A stretch of 64,000 nucleotides of DNA from Eledone cirrhosa. Lineage: Eukaryota. The DNA lies in NCBI GenBank assembly GCA_964016885.1, contig OZ024741.1, positions 372,558,001 through 372,622,000 of the forward strand, read 5' to 3'. The position numbers were made by a program, and so were the translations under genes. Shown here in pieces: positions 49,716 to 61,774 of this stretch. Positions within the stretch are counted from its first letter, which is position 1. Every line of letters begins with the position of its first letter. The notes under the pieces were generated by a model. It was given only the letters and a program-made list of their open reading frames with translations. It was not told the origin of the DNA and searched no databases.

Positions 49716-49900
49716 AGTGGATTGGCAGTATCGGTAAAGGGTCGGACGTTATGCTTTACAGCATAGCTATGCCCCTTTACGGTCTGAGTTCAAATCCCGC
49801 CGAGGTTAACTTTGCTTTTCATCCTTATGGGGTCGATAAAATAAAGTACCAGTAATACACTGGATAATTACTGGCCTTGTACCAAAAGTAGAAACAATTA
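49716..49900 (+). mobile_element. tRNA SINE
   Basis: Family consensus. Confidence 0.85.
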
Positions 49901-50078
49901 TTTATTCAAAGTAATCCAACTTATTTTACTAACGGGATTAAAAAATATATTCAGGACGCTGCACTCCTCCCTTTATTATAGTATAGATTGTTTAGAACTA
50001 CAAATGAAGTAATTCTTTTCCTTTTTTTAAAATATACCTAACTGTAACAAGGATTTCACACATTTTCCAATATATAGA

Positions 50079-50418
50079 TGGAGGCACATGGCTTAGTGGT
50101 TAGAGCATTGGCCTTGCAATCGAAAGGTTGTGAGTTCAATTCTCAGACCGGGTGATGTGTTGTTTCCTTGAGCAAGACACTTTATTTCACATTGCTCCAG
50201 TTTACTCAGCTGTAGAAATGAGATAAGGACTGGGGTCCATATCATTCCACTGCAAAGTGGTCGTGGAGGTGCCACGGCAAGAAAAGCACCCAGCACTCAC
50301 TGTAAATGAGGTTGGTGTTAGGAAGGGCATCCAGCTGTAGAAATCAAGCCAGAATCAATTCCCGTCCCACCCTTGCAAGCAGGGAAAAAGCGGACGTAAA
50401 ATGAAATGATGATGATGA
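50079..50418 (+). mobile_element. Second SINE type: tRNA head + CORE-like box + RTE 3' tail
   Basis: TGGCTTAGTGG / GAGTTCAATTC boxes, CCTTGAGCAAGACACTT, then sequence nearly identical to parts of the RTE 3'UTR (12965-13110) and (GAT)n. Confidence 0.75.
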
Positions 50419-50430
50419 TATATATATATA

Positions 50431-51343
50431 GAAATAGTGGACACCTTCCGTTACCTGGGTGACAAAATCAGCAGTGGGGGAGGGTGGTCTGAAAGTACAG
50501 TAGCTAGAGTCAGAACGGGATGGAAAAAGTTCAGAAAGTTTATACCACTATTGGCCGCTAAAGGGTTCTCTCTAAAAATGAAAGGCAGGCTGTATGATGC
50601 CTGCATACGAACAGCAATGTTACATGGCAGTGAGACCTGGGCATTGTGTGCAGAGGATATACACAGACTGGAGAGAAACGAAGCTTGCATGCTCTGCTGG
50701 ATGTGTAATAGTAATATACGTGAACGGCAAAGCATAAACGAACTAAGGGAGAAATTAGGAATAAGAGGGATCAGATGTTGTTTACTTGAGAGAAGACTAT
50801 GTTGGTATGGTCACGTGATGCGCATAAAAGACGACAGCTGTATAAAAAAGTGCAGGGCGATAAAAATAGACGGTAGCCACGGAATAGGCAGACCCAGAAA
50901 AACCTGGGACGACTTGATAAATTCCGACCTCACACACTTACACCTCTCCAAGACAATGTCACTGCACCGAGATCTTTGGCGCTACACAGTCATACAGAAG
51001 ACCCGACCCGCCTAAGTACAAAGCGAAACCTACAGTCAGTAGGCACCGCTAACAAAATACCCCCCCCCCCCCGTCCCATCCACACCACACCCCCTTAAAT
51101 GTGAAGTTATGTTGGTACCACAACATCCAGTCCGAAACAAATGTGGCCGTGTAGGTAACACGGTAAAAACCTCCCAGTCCACACTGTAAACGTGGTTGGT
51201 GTGAGGAAGGGCATCCAGCCGTAGAAAACCCGCCAGACAGTCCTATACGAGCAGGACAAAAAAATCTTGCCTCAAGTGGGAAACCTCCCGTCCAAACCCA
51301 TGCAAGCGTGGAAGATGGACGTTAAACGATGATGATGATGATG
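50431..51343 (+). mobile_element. RTE 3' fragment (192-aa open C-terminus + 3'UTR)
   Basis: ORF 50437-51015 aligns to the C-terminus of the 9810 ORF. Confidence 0.9.
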
Positions 51344-52394
51344 ATATATATATATATATATATACACACATACATACTTACAGGGTGTCTCAAAAGAATG
51401 CACACCAGTAACAGCAGCAATAGCTGTATATCTATGTATATAGATATACAGCTATATGTATGTATATAGATATACATGTATGTATATAGATATACATACA
51501 CATCACTCACACATATGTATACACATCTACTCAAGTATTTAGGTTCACATATACATTGGGTGGGGGTGGGCGGTGTTAATGAAATGGTAGTGTACCTCCG
51601 AGGGTTGTTCTCTTCAATGATCGAATGTTTGAAAGTGCAAGTGTCATCCACTTTTATTTGGAGGGTGAATTTTCTACTAAATGAACTGTAGCAACATGAA
51701 ATGAAATATCTTGTTGAAGGACACAATTTACCTCAGTGTCTGGGAATCATAACCATGACTTTATGATTATGAGCCCCACACCCTAATGTTCTAAGTGATG
51801 CGTCTTAAATATGTACAATTTATAAAGAACAGCAAACTTAAACAAATATTGGCTGCAGTATTTTGTTTTATTTTCCCTTATATTTTCTCCTGTTATCTAG
51901 AGTAGCATTGCTTTATTTCCTCAATATGTATTTATTGGATGATATCTTATCTGCTGTGGTCTTTAGCCTGTATTCTGTTTCTTCTAGTATCAATTTAATT
52001 TTATTTTCCATTCTTATTTCAAGTTTTTGGCAACCTGTTGATTCTGTGGGTTATGTGATGTTTTCCTTATCAGCAATTAATTCTACAGGGGTTGGTACTG
52101 ATTGTACTATCCAGGTAGTGTCATTAGTTTAGTTAGAGCAAAGGTTCTCAAACTTTTTGGACCACAGCCCCCCCACGGCCATGTAATACCCTCAGCGTCC
52201 CCACCCCTATTTCCAGAGTGACCTGTCTACACGCAAATTGTAAATAATATATAAAATCGTTAATTTATATATAATAAATAATATATTTTATTTTACTATA
52301 TTTATAGATAGTACTAGACCACCTGTGACCTGAATAATTAAAATATATACAGACATGTATATATTGTAAAATGAAATTGGAAGGCCCATATATA

Positions 52395-52896
52395 TATATA
52401 TCAACTAGAAATTGATTGACATATATATCTAAAATAAACATATGAAACAATCACAGGGAATAATTTGTAAAGTGTGTAAGCACACACAGCTAGATAGGTA
52501 ACTAATTAAAGTTTTACTAGAACTTCAAATATAGATACCTTTTAAAATGATTAATCTTCCTTGTATAAAGAAATATATTTCACCATCAATCGATCGGTAA
52601 ACCACAGTAGTCAAATCCCGGATTTTCAACAAGGGAGAAGATTTAACTATCTGTGTTTACACAGCAAATGCAAATCACTAGTAAAAATACACACATCGTA
52701 CCAGCGTCATCCCAGATGGTGAAATATATACAAGGAAGATTAATCATTTTAAAAGGTATCATCTATATTTGAAGTTCTAGTTAAACTTTAATTGGTTACC
52801 TACCTAGCTGTGTGTGCTTACACACTTTACAAATTACAGATTGTTTCATGTTTATTTTAGATATATATAGATGTCAATCAATTTCTAGTTGATATA
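52395..52896. repeat. Inverted repeat, ~190-bp arms with a 127-bp spacer
   Basis: 52395-52587 mirrors 52715-52896; (TA)n at the left edge and shortly after the right arm. Confidence 0.88.
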
Positions 52897-52986
52897 AAAT
52901 GCTCGGATCTATTCATTGGAATCTTTGAGCATGTTCTACAGTGGATATGAGCATGTCTCTTGGACATGACACCCTTAATTTAATTT

Positions 52987-53414
<428 letters not shown>

Positions 53415-54025
53415 CGGGTGTCTGTGACCTATATACACCAGTCACACACACACACTTAGAAACCCTTTCTATTTAGCAGGATACAGTAATGCTGTATTCA
53501 TTTCTTTGAAGTCACCGGTTGTAATTTCATTCAACAACACCACCAGCTCTCTCCCGGTCTTCCATTTTCCTTCTCAGTCTCCTCTCTCTCTCTCTATGTC
53601 CCGCTTTCAATTTACTTTCTCACAAACAATATCTCTTTCTCTCTATCCTTCTCTCTCTCTCTATCAAGGTACCCAGAAAAACCCTGTATCAGGAACCCGT
53701 GCACCAATTTATGCGAAACTTGTTTTATTTGATTTGTATTTTCAATTTAGGGTCAACTTTCTTTCAAAGTATTCCCCCATTATGCACCCGTTTGGCTGTG
53801 TTATATTACAGACAAGCAAGCAGTCACAGAGTTTTAGAAGTATATAGATGTATCATTTGGTACATACTATATATCATCTCTACCACCCCCTTGGGTCCCA
53901 ACGCCCCTTTGGATCTTCTCAACGCCCCCTGGGGGGCGGTAACGCCCACTTTGAGAACTCTTGAGTTAGAGTATTAACTTTGGTAAACTTTATCACTGTC
54001 TAAGGCACTTGTTTCCCTCTTTTTA

Positions 54026-54222
54026 TGAGGGTTGGCTGAAAAGTTCATAGGCCACCAAAATATTATCATGGAATGACCAAATGAGGTTTATTTTTCAAAA
54101 TAGTCCCTGGAAAGAAACAATACAATTATTAATAAGAAAATTTGAAATTAATGCATGCAAAATTTCACTGCTCTAGCATAAATCCTTCACAGGCAGCATA
54201 TGAACTTTTCAGTCGACCCTCA
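54026..54222. mobile_element. Mariner-type MITE, copy 2
   Basis: TA TSD; TIRs homologous to 34522-34715. Confidence 0.85.
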
Positions 54223-54399
54223 TATATGTTCCTGTTTGATTATGGATTTTCTGACATTAAAAATAATCTTTCGCAGGATCTTTGCAGCTGATTTCAAAAT
54301 TACCATTGGTTTTGGATTGTCCTAAACTGTAGTATTCTATAGAGTTTGACATAGTCAACCGGAGGAAGCATATAAAACCACATTATTTTACTAGCCTCA

Positions 54400-54800
54400 G
54401 GGCGGACGATTGGCAGTATCGGTAGAGGGTCGGACGCTATGCTTTGCAGCAAAGAGTTACGGCCCTTTATGGTCTGAGTTCAAATCCCGCCGAGGTTAAC
54501 TTTGCCTTTCATCCTTACGGGGTTGATGAAATAAAGTACCAGTAATGCACTGGGATAATTGCTGGCCTTGTGTCAAAAGTAGAAATAATTATTTTACTAG
54601 TCTCTGCTGGAGGGCGGTGGATTGGCAGTATTGGTAGAGGGTCGGACGTTATGCTTTGCAGCATAGTTACGCCCCTTTACTGCCTGAGTTCAAAGCCCGT
54701 CGAGGTTAACTTTGCCTTTTATCCTTAGTGTCAATAAAACAAAGTACCAGTAATGCATTGGGGTAATTGTTGGCCTTGTGCCAAAAGTAGAAACAATTAT
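54400..54800 (+). mobile_element. Two tandem tRNA SINE copies
   Basis: Heads at about 54400 and 54612; attatt(t/c)tactag before, between and after. Confidence 0.85.
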
Positions 54801-55264
54801 TCTACTAGTCACTGCTTGCTAGCAACAATCTATCCCACTAGTCACTGCTTGCTAGCAACAATCTATCCCAAAATGCACACTGTCAGTTCTCTTGTTTTTT
54901 CCTTTTTTTCTTTGTTTGTTTTTTAATACAAAATTCATCATATCATAAAAACTGATGTTGCATTTTCAAATTTCACCCCCGTTTCTTTGATCAACAAAAA
55001 ACAATTCATATATATCAGGATATTTTGAGGTATCTGTTCATTTAAATTATACTAAATTATCTTGAAAAGTGGGAGAGTAAAATGTTGATATCACACACCC
55101 ACTTCATGATGAATGTTTTACTAAGATCCCCACCATGACCACCACCATTTTTCTGCTCTCATTTAGTCTTGCTGACAGCTTTTCTCTCTGGCAGCTCATC
55201 TTGCAAGTCATGATTTTATGTTCTAGAAGTTTAGTCAGGTTGCAGGTTTCGTGTTGGAATGTAA

Positions 55265-55670
55265 CTATGATCATCATCATCATCATCATCATCATCATCG
55301 TTTAATGTCAATTTTTCGTGCACGCATGGGTAGGACGGGCAGTCTCTTTGTGAGAGATCAGGTCAAAGGACCTTGATTTGCATACATGGGACTGATTTTG
55401 GCTTGTTTTCTACAGTTAGATGCCCTTCCTAACGCGAACCACATTTACAGTGTGTGCTGGGTGCTTATCGTTGTGACACCTACATGACCACTTTACAGTG
55501 TGTGCTGCGTGCTTTTTGTTGTGTCGCCAACACGACCACTTTACAGTGTGGGCTAGGCGCTTTTGATCATGACACCTACACTATCACTATACAGTGAGGG
55601 CTGGGTGCATTTTGTTGTGACACCCACATGACCACTTTTTAGAGTGAACTCGGCGCTTTTGTCATGACTA
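55265..55670 (-). mobile_element. RTE 3'UTR fragment with about five ~45-bp tandem units
   Basis: (CAT)n tail then repeated accactttacagtgtg.gctgggtgctttt. Confidence 0.8.
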
Positions 55671-57429
55671 AAGGAATGAATATTGAATTGATCAGTTTAA
55701 CTTTAGGTTTCATTGAAATGTTAAGGTTTTCATGAGTATGGCATCCTTGTAGCTGATGCTATTGACCTTCTTGCACTCTGGCCTCAATCTTTCTGTTCAG
55801 TCTTCCATCTTCAATAAAGATACTACCTAGGTACTTAGATTCTTTTACTTGCTGTCTGATGATCTACAAACCTTTATCACCTCTGCTTTCCTAATGCTGG
55901 TTTTCCTGTCACATTCTTCATATATCTTATTTAGGCTAAGTTACCCTTTCATGATCCTGTCTATCATAGTAGCAAATATCAAGTACAATGAACATGACTA
56001 AATCATTTTAGAATATATGAAAGTTTTATTCAGAATTTGGAACAGCAAGCAGATTTTCTGTGCTTATCGTGGAATAATTGGGTTAAAACTGACAAGCTAC
56101 TTAAAATAAAATTTTAGTTCATTATCATCATAGTTTTTATGTCAACTTTTCCATGCTGGTGTGGGTTTGACAGGACTTTTAGTGGCAATATTTTACAGAC
56201 AGATACTCTTTCTGACACCAACCCTTTTAGACACTTCTTACCACACACAGGGATGCAGTATACCTATTCTAAACCTGATACACATGGCCAGTCTGTTATA
56301 AACAAAAAAAGTGTTGAGAATCTAAACAAAATATTGCTTCCACTATTGGACATAAAACCTAGAGCCCATAAAACTAATTAGGAAGGCTTTTAAATAATAG
56401 AGAAGAATATTATCTTTAAAAATCCTGTTGTTGATAAAAAAAACTATAAGTAGGATTATTTTACAGGACATCCGGATTGTTTTTATAACAAATAGAAATG
56501 ATAGAATTACCAATCACTTACAGATGTTAGGGATTTCAGAGTATTTATCATCATTAACATCTATTTTCCATGCTTGCATGGGTTAGGTAGGTTGTCTTGT
56601 ACTGAGGCTAGAATGGTCAGGTGATTACGTCTTGTTCATATGCTCTATTTTGGGTTTGGTTGCTATAAATTGATGCCCTTCCTAACTTTACAGGGTAGAC
56701 TAGGTGCTTTTTATCGTGGCATCAGCACTACCACTTTACATTGAAAACAATTTCCATTATTATTGTATGTAAGAATCATCATTATGTTAAGTTCCAGATT
56801 ATTAATTGTTTCTGCATTTGGCACAAGTCCAGCAATTTGCAGGGAAAGAGAAAGTTGATTAAATTGACCCCTGCGCGTCATTGCTGTTTTATTTAATGAC
56901 CCCGTAAAAATTCCAGAGAAAGTTAGTTATATTACTCAATACCTCAAAATTCTTCATTATTTTCAAAATTATTTTAAAGTCATGTAGTGTTTTTCATTAA
57001 CAATATGGTAACAAAAGGGTTTCTTAATGTTCCTATTATTACACTTTTTGCCTTTCATCCTTACGGGGTCGATAAAATAAAGTACCAGTAATGCACTGGG
57101 TAATTGCTGGCCTTGTGCCAAAAGTAGAAACAATTATTACACTTATTCTTGGGAAAGTCTTGAGGGCAGACTCCTCAAACACTACTTTCCAGTAGTCTCC
57201 ATTTGATCTGGCTGGATTCATAAGCAAGACCAGCTGAGCTTATGGATGTTATCCAACCATTTTGCTCAGGATCTACCCCTATGTACCCTGCCGGTTGGTG
57301 TTTGCCTGTAAAATCTATCTAGCAATTCTTTCCTGAGACTTTCTTAAAAAAAAAAAATTAAATGAAATTAAAGCTTATTCTTTCAGAACTGCAAGAAATT
57401 ATATCAGGGAGATTGTAATATGAATATAA

Positions 57430-58740
57430 TCACCATCATCTTTTTATTTCAATTTTTCCATGCTTGCATGGGTTGGACAAGTCTTTTCTGGCACAGCTTC
57501 CCTCTATCTACTGTGTTCCTTTGCCATCTCTGTCAGGTTCAATGTTTTGAGATCCAATCTTACTACCTCTGCCGAAGTCTTCCTCAGCCTTCCTCTACTG
57601 CAGCTTCCTTCCACTGTGAACTCCTGACACTTCTTCAATCAACAAATATCATCCATATACACCACATGGCCATACCAATGCAGTCTTCTCTCTTGTACAC
57701 TACATTATACTCAGTTTTTCTCTTAACCCATCCATGCTTTGCTGTTCATGCATAACATCACATATCCATCATAGCATACTCACTTCATTTCTCTCCAGCT
57801 TCTGCAATTACTACCATTGTCTCATATTAACTTTGTAATTAAATAAAGAGAAACAACTGCTTTACAGTTATTTTATTGCACGTCAGTCGATTGAGACACT
57901 ATGTTAAACAATTATTAATATTTATTCTGAATATAAAAAAAACGTGTGCAAATGCAATGCTGCATGGTAGTGAAACATGGGCAGTGACTGCAGAGGACAT
58001 GTGTGGGTTGGAGAGAAATGAAGCAACCATGCTTTGTTGGATGTGCAATATAAATGTGAGAGAAAGGCAGAGGTTGGATGAACTGAGAGAGAAACTGGGT
58101 CAATGAGGAATCTGAAGGGGTGTTCAAGAGAGAAGAATGCTTTGATACAGACATGTAATGCGCATGGATTTAGCTTTCAGTGTTAAGAAGTCCCAAGAAA
58201 TTGATGCGGAAGGAAACCAAAGTAGAGGTAGACCAAGGAAAATTTGAGCAGAGGTGATGAGAGCTGATCTTAAATCGCTGAGATTTACAGAGATGGCAAA
58301 GGAACGTGATGGTGTGCTGAAAAGGACCCGTCCAACCCATGGAAAAAAAAACGGTTGTAAAAACGATGATGATGATATCTTCAGCTGTGTCAACAACGTG
58401 ACAACCTAACTAGTACTCTCACTCACTCATGAGTTGAGTTGAGTTTCCACTTGTCTCGATCTAGCATTATCACTCCAAGATCTGTTAAATTTCTTCCCGT
58501 GTTAGCACATAGCATATCCAGATACGTTGTTCCAGGATGACCTCTACTTCTATGACCACGTGCAGGCTTCCATAAAAGAACATGGCTGATGCACTCGTTT
58601 TTTGCCCTGTAACAATGTCCTGCAAAACGTATCCTTCTTAGACGAGCAATATCCGACACGGAAGGACTATCTAGATAGAGTTCCCCATTAGTGATTCTTT
58701 GTCGCCAAGATATGTTGAAAGCGTGTCTCGGGAGACTTGT
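57430..58740. mobile_element. Cluster of degenerate RTE-like 3' fragments (minus 57430-57810, plus 57945-58375, minus 58423-58740)
   Basis: AMLHGSETWAV...; RLRRIRFAGHCYR...LLWKP. Confidence 0.7.
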
Positions 58741-59456
58741 GTAACAGTACTGATGCTACATTAAAATGCATTTTGTAGAGTGCAGGGATATATGTGAATG
58801 TGAATTGGGCTCCCAACCCATCTTCGTACTAAGTAGCATGCAGGAACATGTGAGATGCAGGGGCCCCTAGTCTGACTGAGAGATCAGTAGCTCTGCTTGA
58901 GTACTGACTTGATCTACAAGGACCCATCCAACCCTTGCTAGCAGGGAGAACAAATGTTAAATGATGTTGATGATCTGGTGTTACTGTAAAATAATTTCAA
59001 AGTTAAGACATTTACATCCTCTGGACCCTTCATCCACTGGTTCTTGCCACTATGTCAGTACACAGTAATAACCTGCTTCATTCACTATCTTTTCATTGTC
59101 CACTTCAGAGGACACACATGAGTGGGCTCTAACTTTGACTTGATTGGAGCAAGTGACCTAAATCTACACATCCCCCTAACCACATGAGTATATATGGATG
59201 CTTGGAGGTATTGCTATTTCAATTATTTTTATTGGATCTTATTTGACTTCAGTATAGTCTATGCTACATTATCTTTCAATATACTTTATACAATTTACTA
59301 AGATATGTAACCCATGTGGAAAAATGGATATTAAACTGTGATTGTGATGATGATGATGATCTGGTGGTGTAAATTTGATAGTATTTACAAGACTATACAA
59401 TAAAATATATGTAATACATATAATACTAAGTGAATTTTATTCTCTTCTTTCTACAG

Positions 59457-59548
59457 ATGAAAAGCTGAACAGAATACATGCTATTTACAAATGTTTAGCT
59501 TCCAAATGACTCCTTGGGAAACACAGTAAATTCACTGATGTTAAAAAG
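59457..59548 (+). pseudogene. J-domain gene exon 2 (-DEKLNRIHAIYKCLASK*LLGKHSKFTDVKK)
   Basis: ttttattctcttctttctacAG acceptor, AG|GTTAGT donor; phase 1 in, phase 0 out; in-frame TGA at 59507-59509. Confidence 0.72.
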
Positions 59549-60506
59549 GTTAGTGTATTTAGATAAACAGTTCATTATCATCATTTTTATGTCTGCTTTT
59601 GATGGATGCCACATGCAGCGAGACATTCTCCTGCAGCAACCTGATGCAGTCTGCGACTAACTCAGGTTCTGCTGCACTTTGAGCCAAGGAGGGTAACTCT
59701 CCAAATATTGGTCGCTATTTGACAAGTTTGCGGTTGAGTCCATGGCAGTGGAGACTTCTGATGTCCTTGGTGTTAGGGTCACCTCCCTGCTCATCACCAT
59801 TGGCACAGAGTTGGCTTTCTGCAGGTGTGAACCTTGTGAGCTGGAATGGTTCTTCCAGCACGTCTCCCTCACCATTCTTCAGGGAAACACCTTCTCTATT
59901 CTGTCCACCGGGGTTGCAGGGTGGCCAGTGCGTGGGCCCCCATTTGCTCACAATAGTGAGAGACGAAGAAAACGGGAGGGATGAAGGACGTGACAATGGG
60001 CGTTTGGTTCTTTTGTGTTCGGACCTGGTGTATATATGTGTGTATGGGAGAGAATGAGTATTTGGTAGTTTCCACCTTTTAACCCTTTTGATAGCAAACC
60101 ATTTGAAACTGCACCTAGTTTATATTTAGATGGGCTGTTAAAGTTTGAGTGTGTTCTTATTAGGAGCTACTGCCCCATTGTTTGTAGATTCCATTTTTTG
60201 ACATTGTTTCTATGGTTGGAGGCCCTTTCTAACAGCAACCACTTTACAATGTACTGGATGCATTTTGTTGTGGCATCAGCACTAAAGAGATTATGTTCAT
60301 GTTGTCCTCTCAACCTTATGCTGTCTTTGTTCAATTGCTGGATGCATTTTATTGTGGTACCAGTTAATTATATTTTTGTCAACTGCAGCAAGAGCAAAGG
60401 AGATGCACTAGAGAGAGGTAGCTACAGAGGCATCAAATTGATGGACCAAGTCATGAGAGTTACTGAAAGAGTTGTAGTGCAGCTGACTAGAGACAGGATT
60501 AAATTA

Positions 60507-60699
60507 TGAGGGTCAGCTGAAAAGTTCATAGGCTGACCAAAATATTCTCATAGAATGACCAAATAAGGTTTATTTTTCAACATAGTTCCTGGAAACAAAC
60601 AATGCAGTTTGTTATTAATAAGAAGAGTTGAGATTAATGCATGCAAGATTTCACAGCTCTAGCATCACTCCTTCATAGTCACTTTTCAGCCTGCCCTTG
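60507..60699. mobile_element. Mariner-type MITE, copy 3, inserted in an RTE RT fragment (60375-60830)
   Basis: Splits RIKL|DEIQF at a duplicated TA. Confidence 0.85.
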
Positions 60700-60960
60700 T
60701 AGATGAGATCCAGTTCAGCAAATGCCGTCTTTTGTGTGAGATAACTGCAAAAATTCCTAGCTAAGAGTATGCCTCTGCATCTAGCATTCATTAACTTGGA
60801 AAAGACCTTTGACAGAGTTTCATGCTCTCTATATATATAATCTTGTGGGTGCTAAGTTAATCGCTGTTGTAGACTGGAACTTTTTATCATTGAATCAAAG
60901 GTGGTTTCAAGTGATTTTGATACCTAAAGGGTTAAATTTCTCTTTCTCTTTCTCTTTCAG

Positions 60961-61041
60961 AAGTTTCTTAACATCACAAAAACCTATAGTCTTCTTACTG
61001 TTGAAATACCCGAGGATCAAGTAAATTTAACAATGAAATTG
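60961..61041 (+). pseudogene. J-domain gene exon 3 (KFLNITKTYSLLTVEIPEDQVNLTMKL)
   Basis: Long pyrimidine tract + CAG acceptor, TG|GTAAGT donor; 81 nt, open in phase 0; matches helix III/IV KF..I..AY..L. Confidence 0.75.
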
Positions 61042-61499
61042 GTAAGTATTTTCATATTTATTAAGCTGCTGCATCATCACCATCATCATTTATCATCATT
61101 CCTCTTTGCTACCAAGGGTTGGATGGGTTGTCAGTACTGACCTCTCTGACAGGCTGGGGGCTGCATCTCGCTTACATACGTTCCTGCATTTCAACAGTGT
61201 GCATCAAGTACATTTTAGCATGGCATCAGCACTCGTGAGTTTATGTCTTTGATACAACTGAAAGTCCTCTTGATTCATGTTTGGAAAGTTTTCTACTGCT
61301 GGATGCTCTTCCTGTCATCAACCACCTTACAGAGTGTACTAGGTGCATTTCATTGTCACTAGCACTAGAGAGGTTGCATACCTTTGACACAACTGAAGAG
61401 TCCTCTCAACCCTTTTTGGCTGCATGTGTTGAAATAAATACAACTATACACTTTACTTTTTATAGTACAGTGATTATATGTAGTTATTGATAAATAGTT

Positions 61500-61774
61500 G
61501 GCAACCATCTGGCCTCTATTAAAGCTGGGCGTGAAAATAGGATTACCTTCCGAACACGCCCAGGCCTACCACCCCATGTACGTCCAAAGCTCCGTGCTGC
61601 AGCTTCCTTGAATCGGAACTCAGCACAACATGAAAGTTTTAGTCTGCGTGATGATGGGAAATCTGAAGGTTTGTTAAGGCTGGTGAAACGTGGAAGAGAG
61701 ATACCAGCTGGTCTGAGTGTGATCTACCCACAATAACTGGCAATGAAAAAACTGCTACAACTCTGGGAAACTAA
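61500..61774 (+). pseudogene. Probable 3' remnant of LINE ORF1, ending ...TLGN*
   Basis: Disrupted frame directly upstream of, and overlapping, ORF2. Confidence 0.45.

Noticed and set aside
52588-52714. Palindrome spacer as a GIY-YIG C-terminal remnant (GRRFNYLCLHSK)
   Set aside because: Only a weak resemblance; not supportable by eye.
59507-59509. In-frame TGA as selenocysteine (superficial U-x-L-G-K resemblance to Sep15/SelM)
   Set aside because: The whole peptide fits a J-domain, where this position is Trp rather than Cys; no SECIS can be assessed in the window.
59600-60050. GC-richer minus-strand stretch, possibly the N-terminus of another LINE endonuclease (SLHCHGL...LLQE)
   Set aside because: Too short and disrupted to call without a search.
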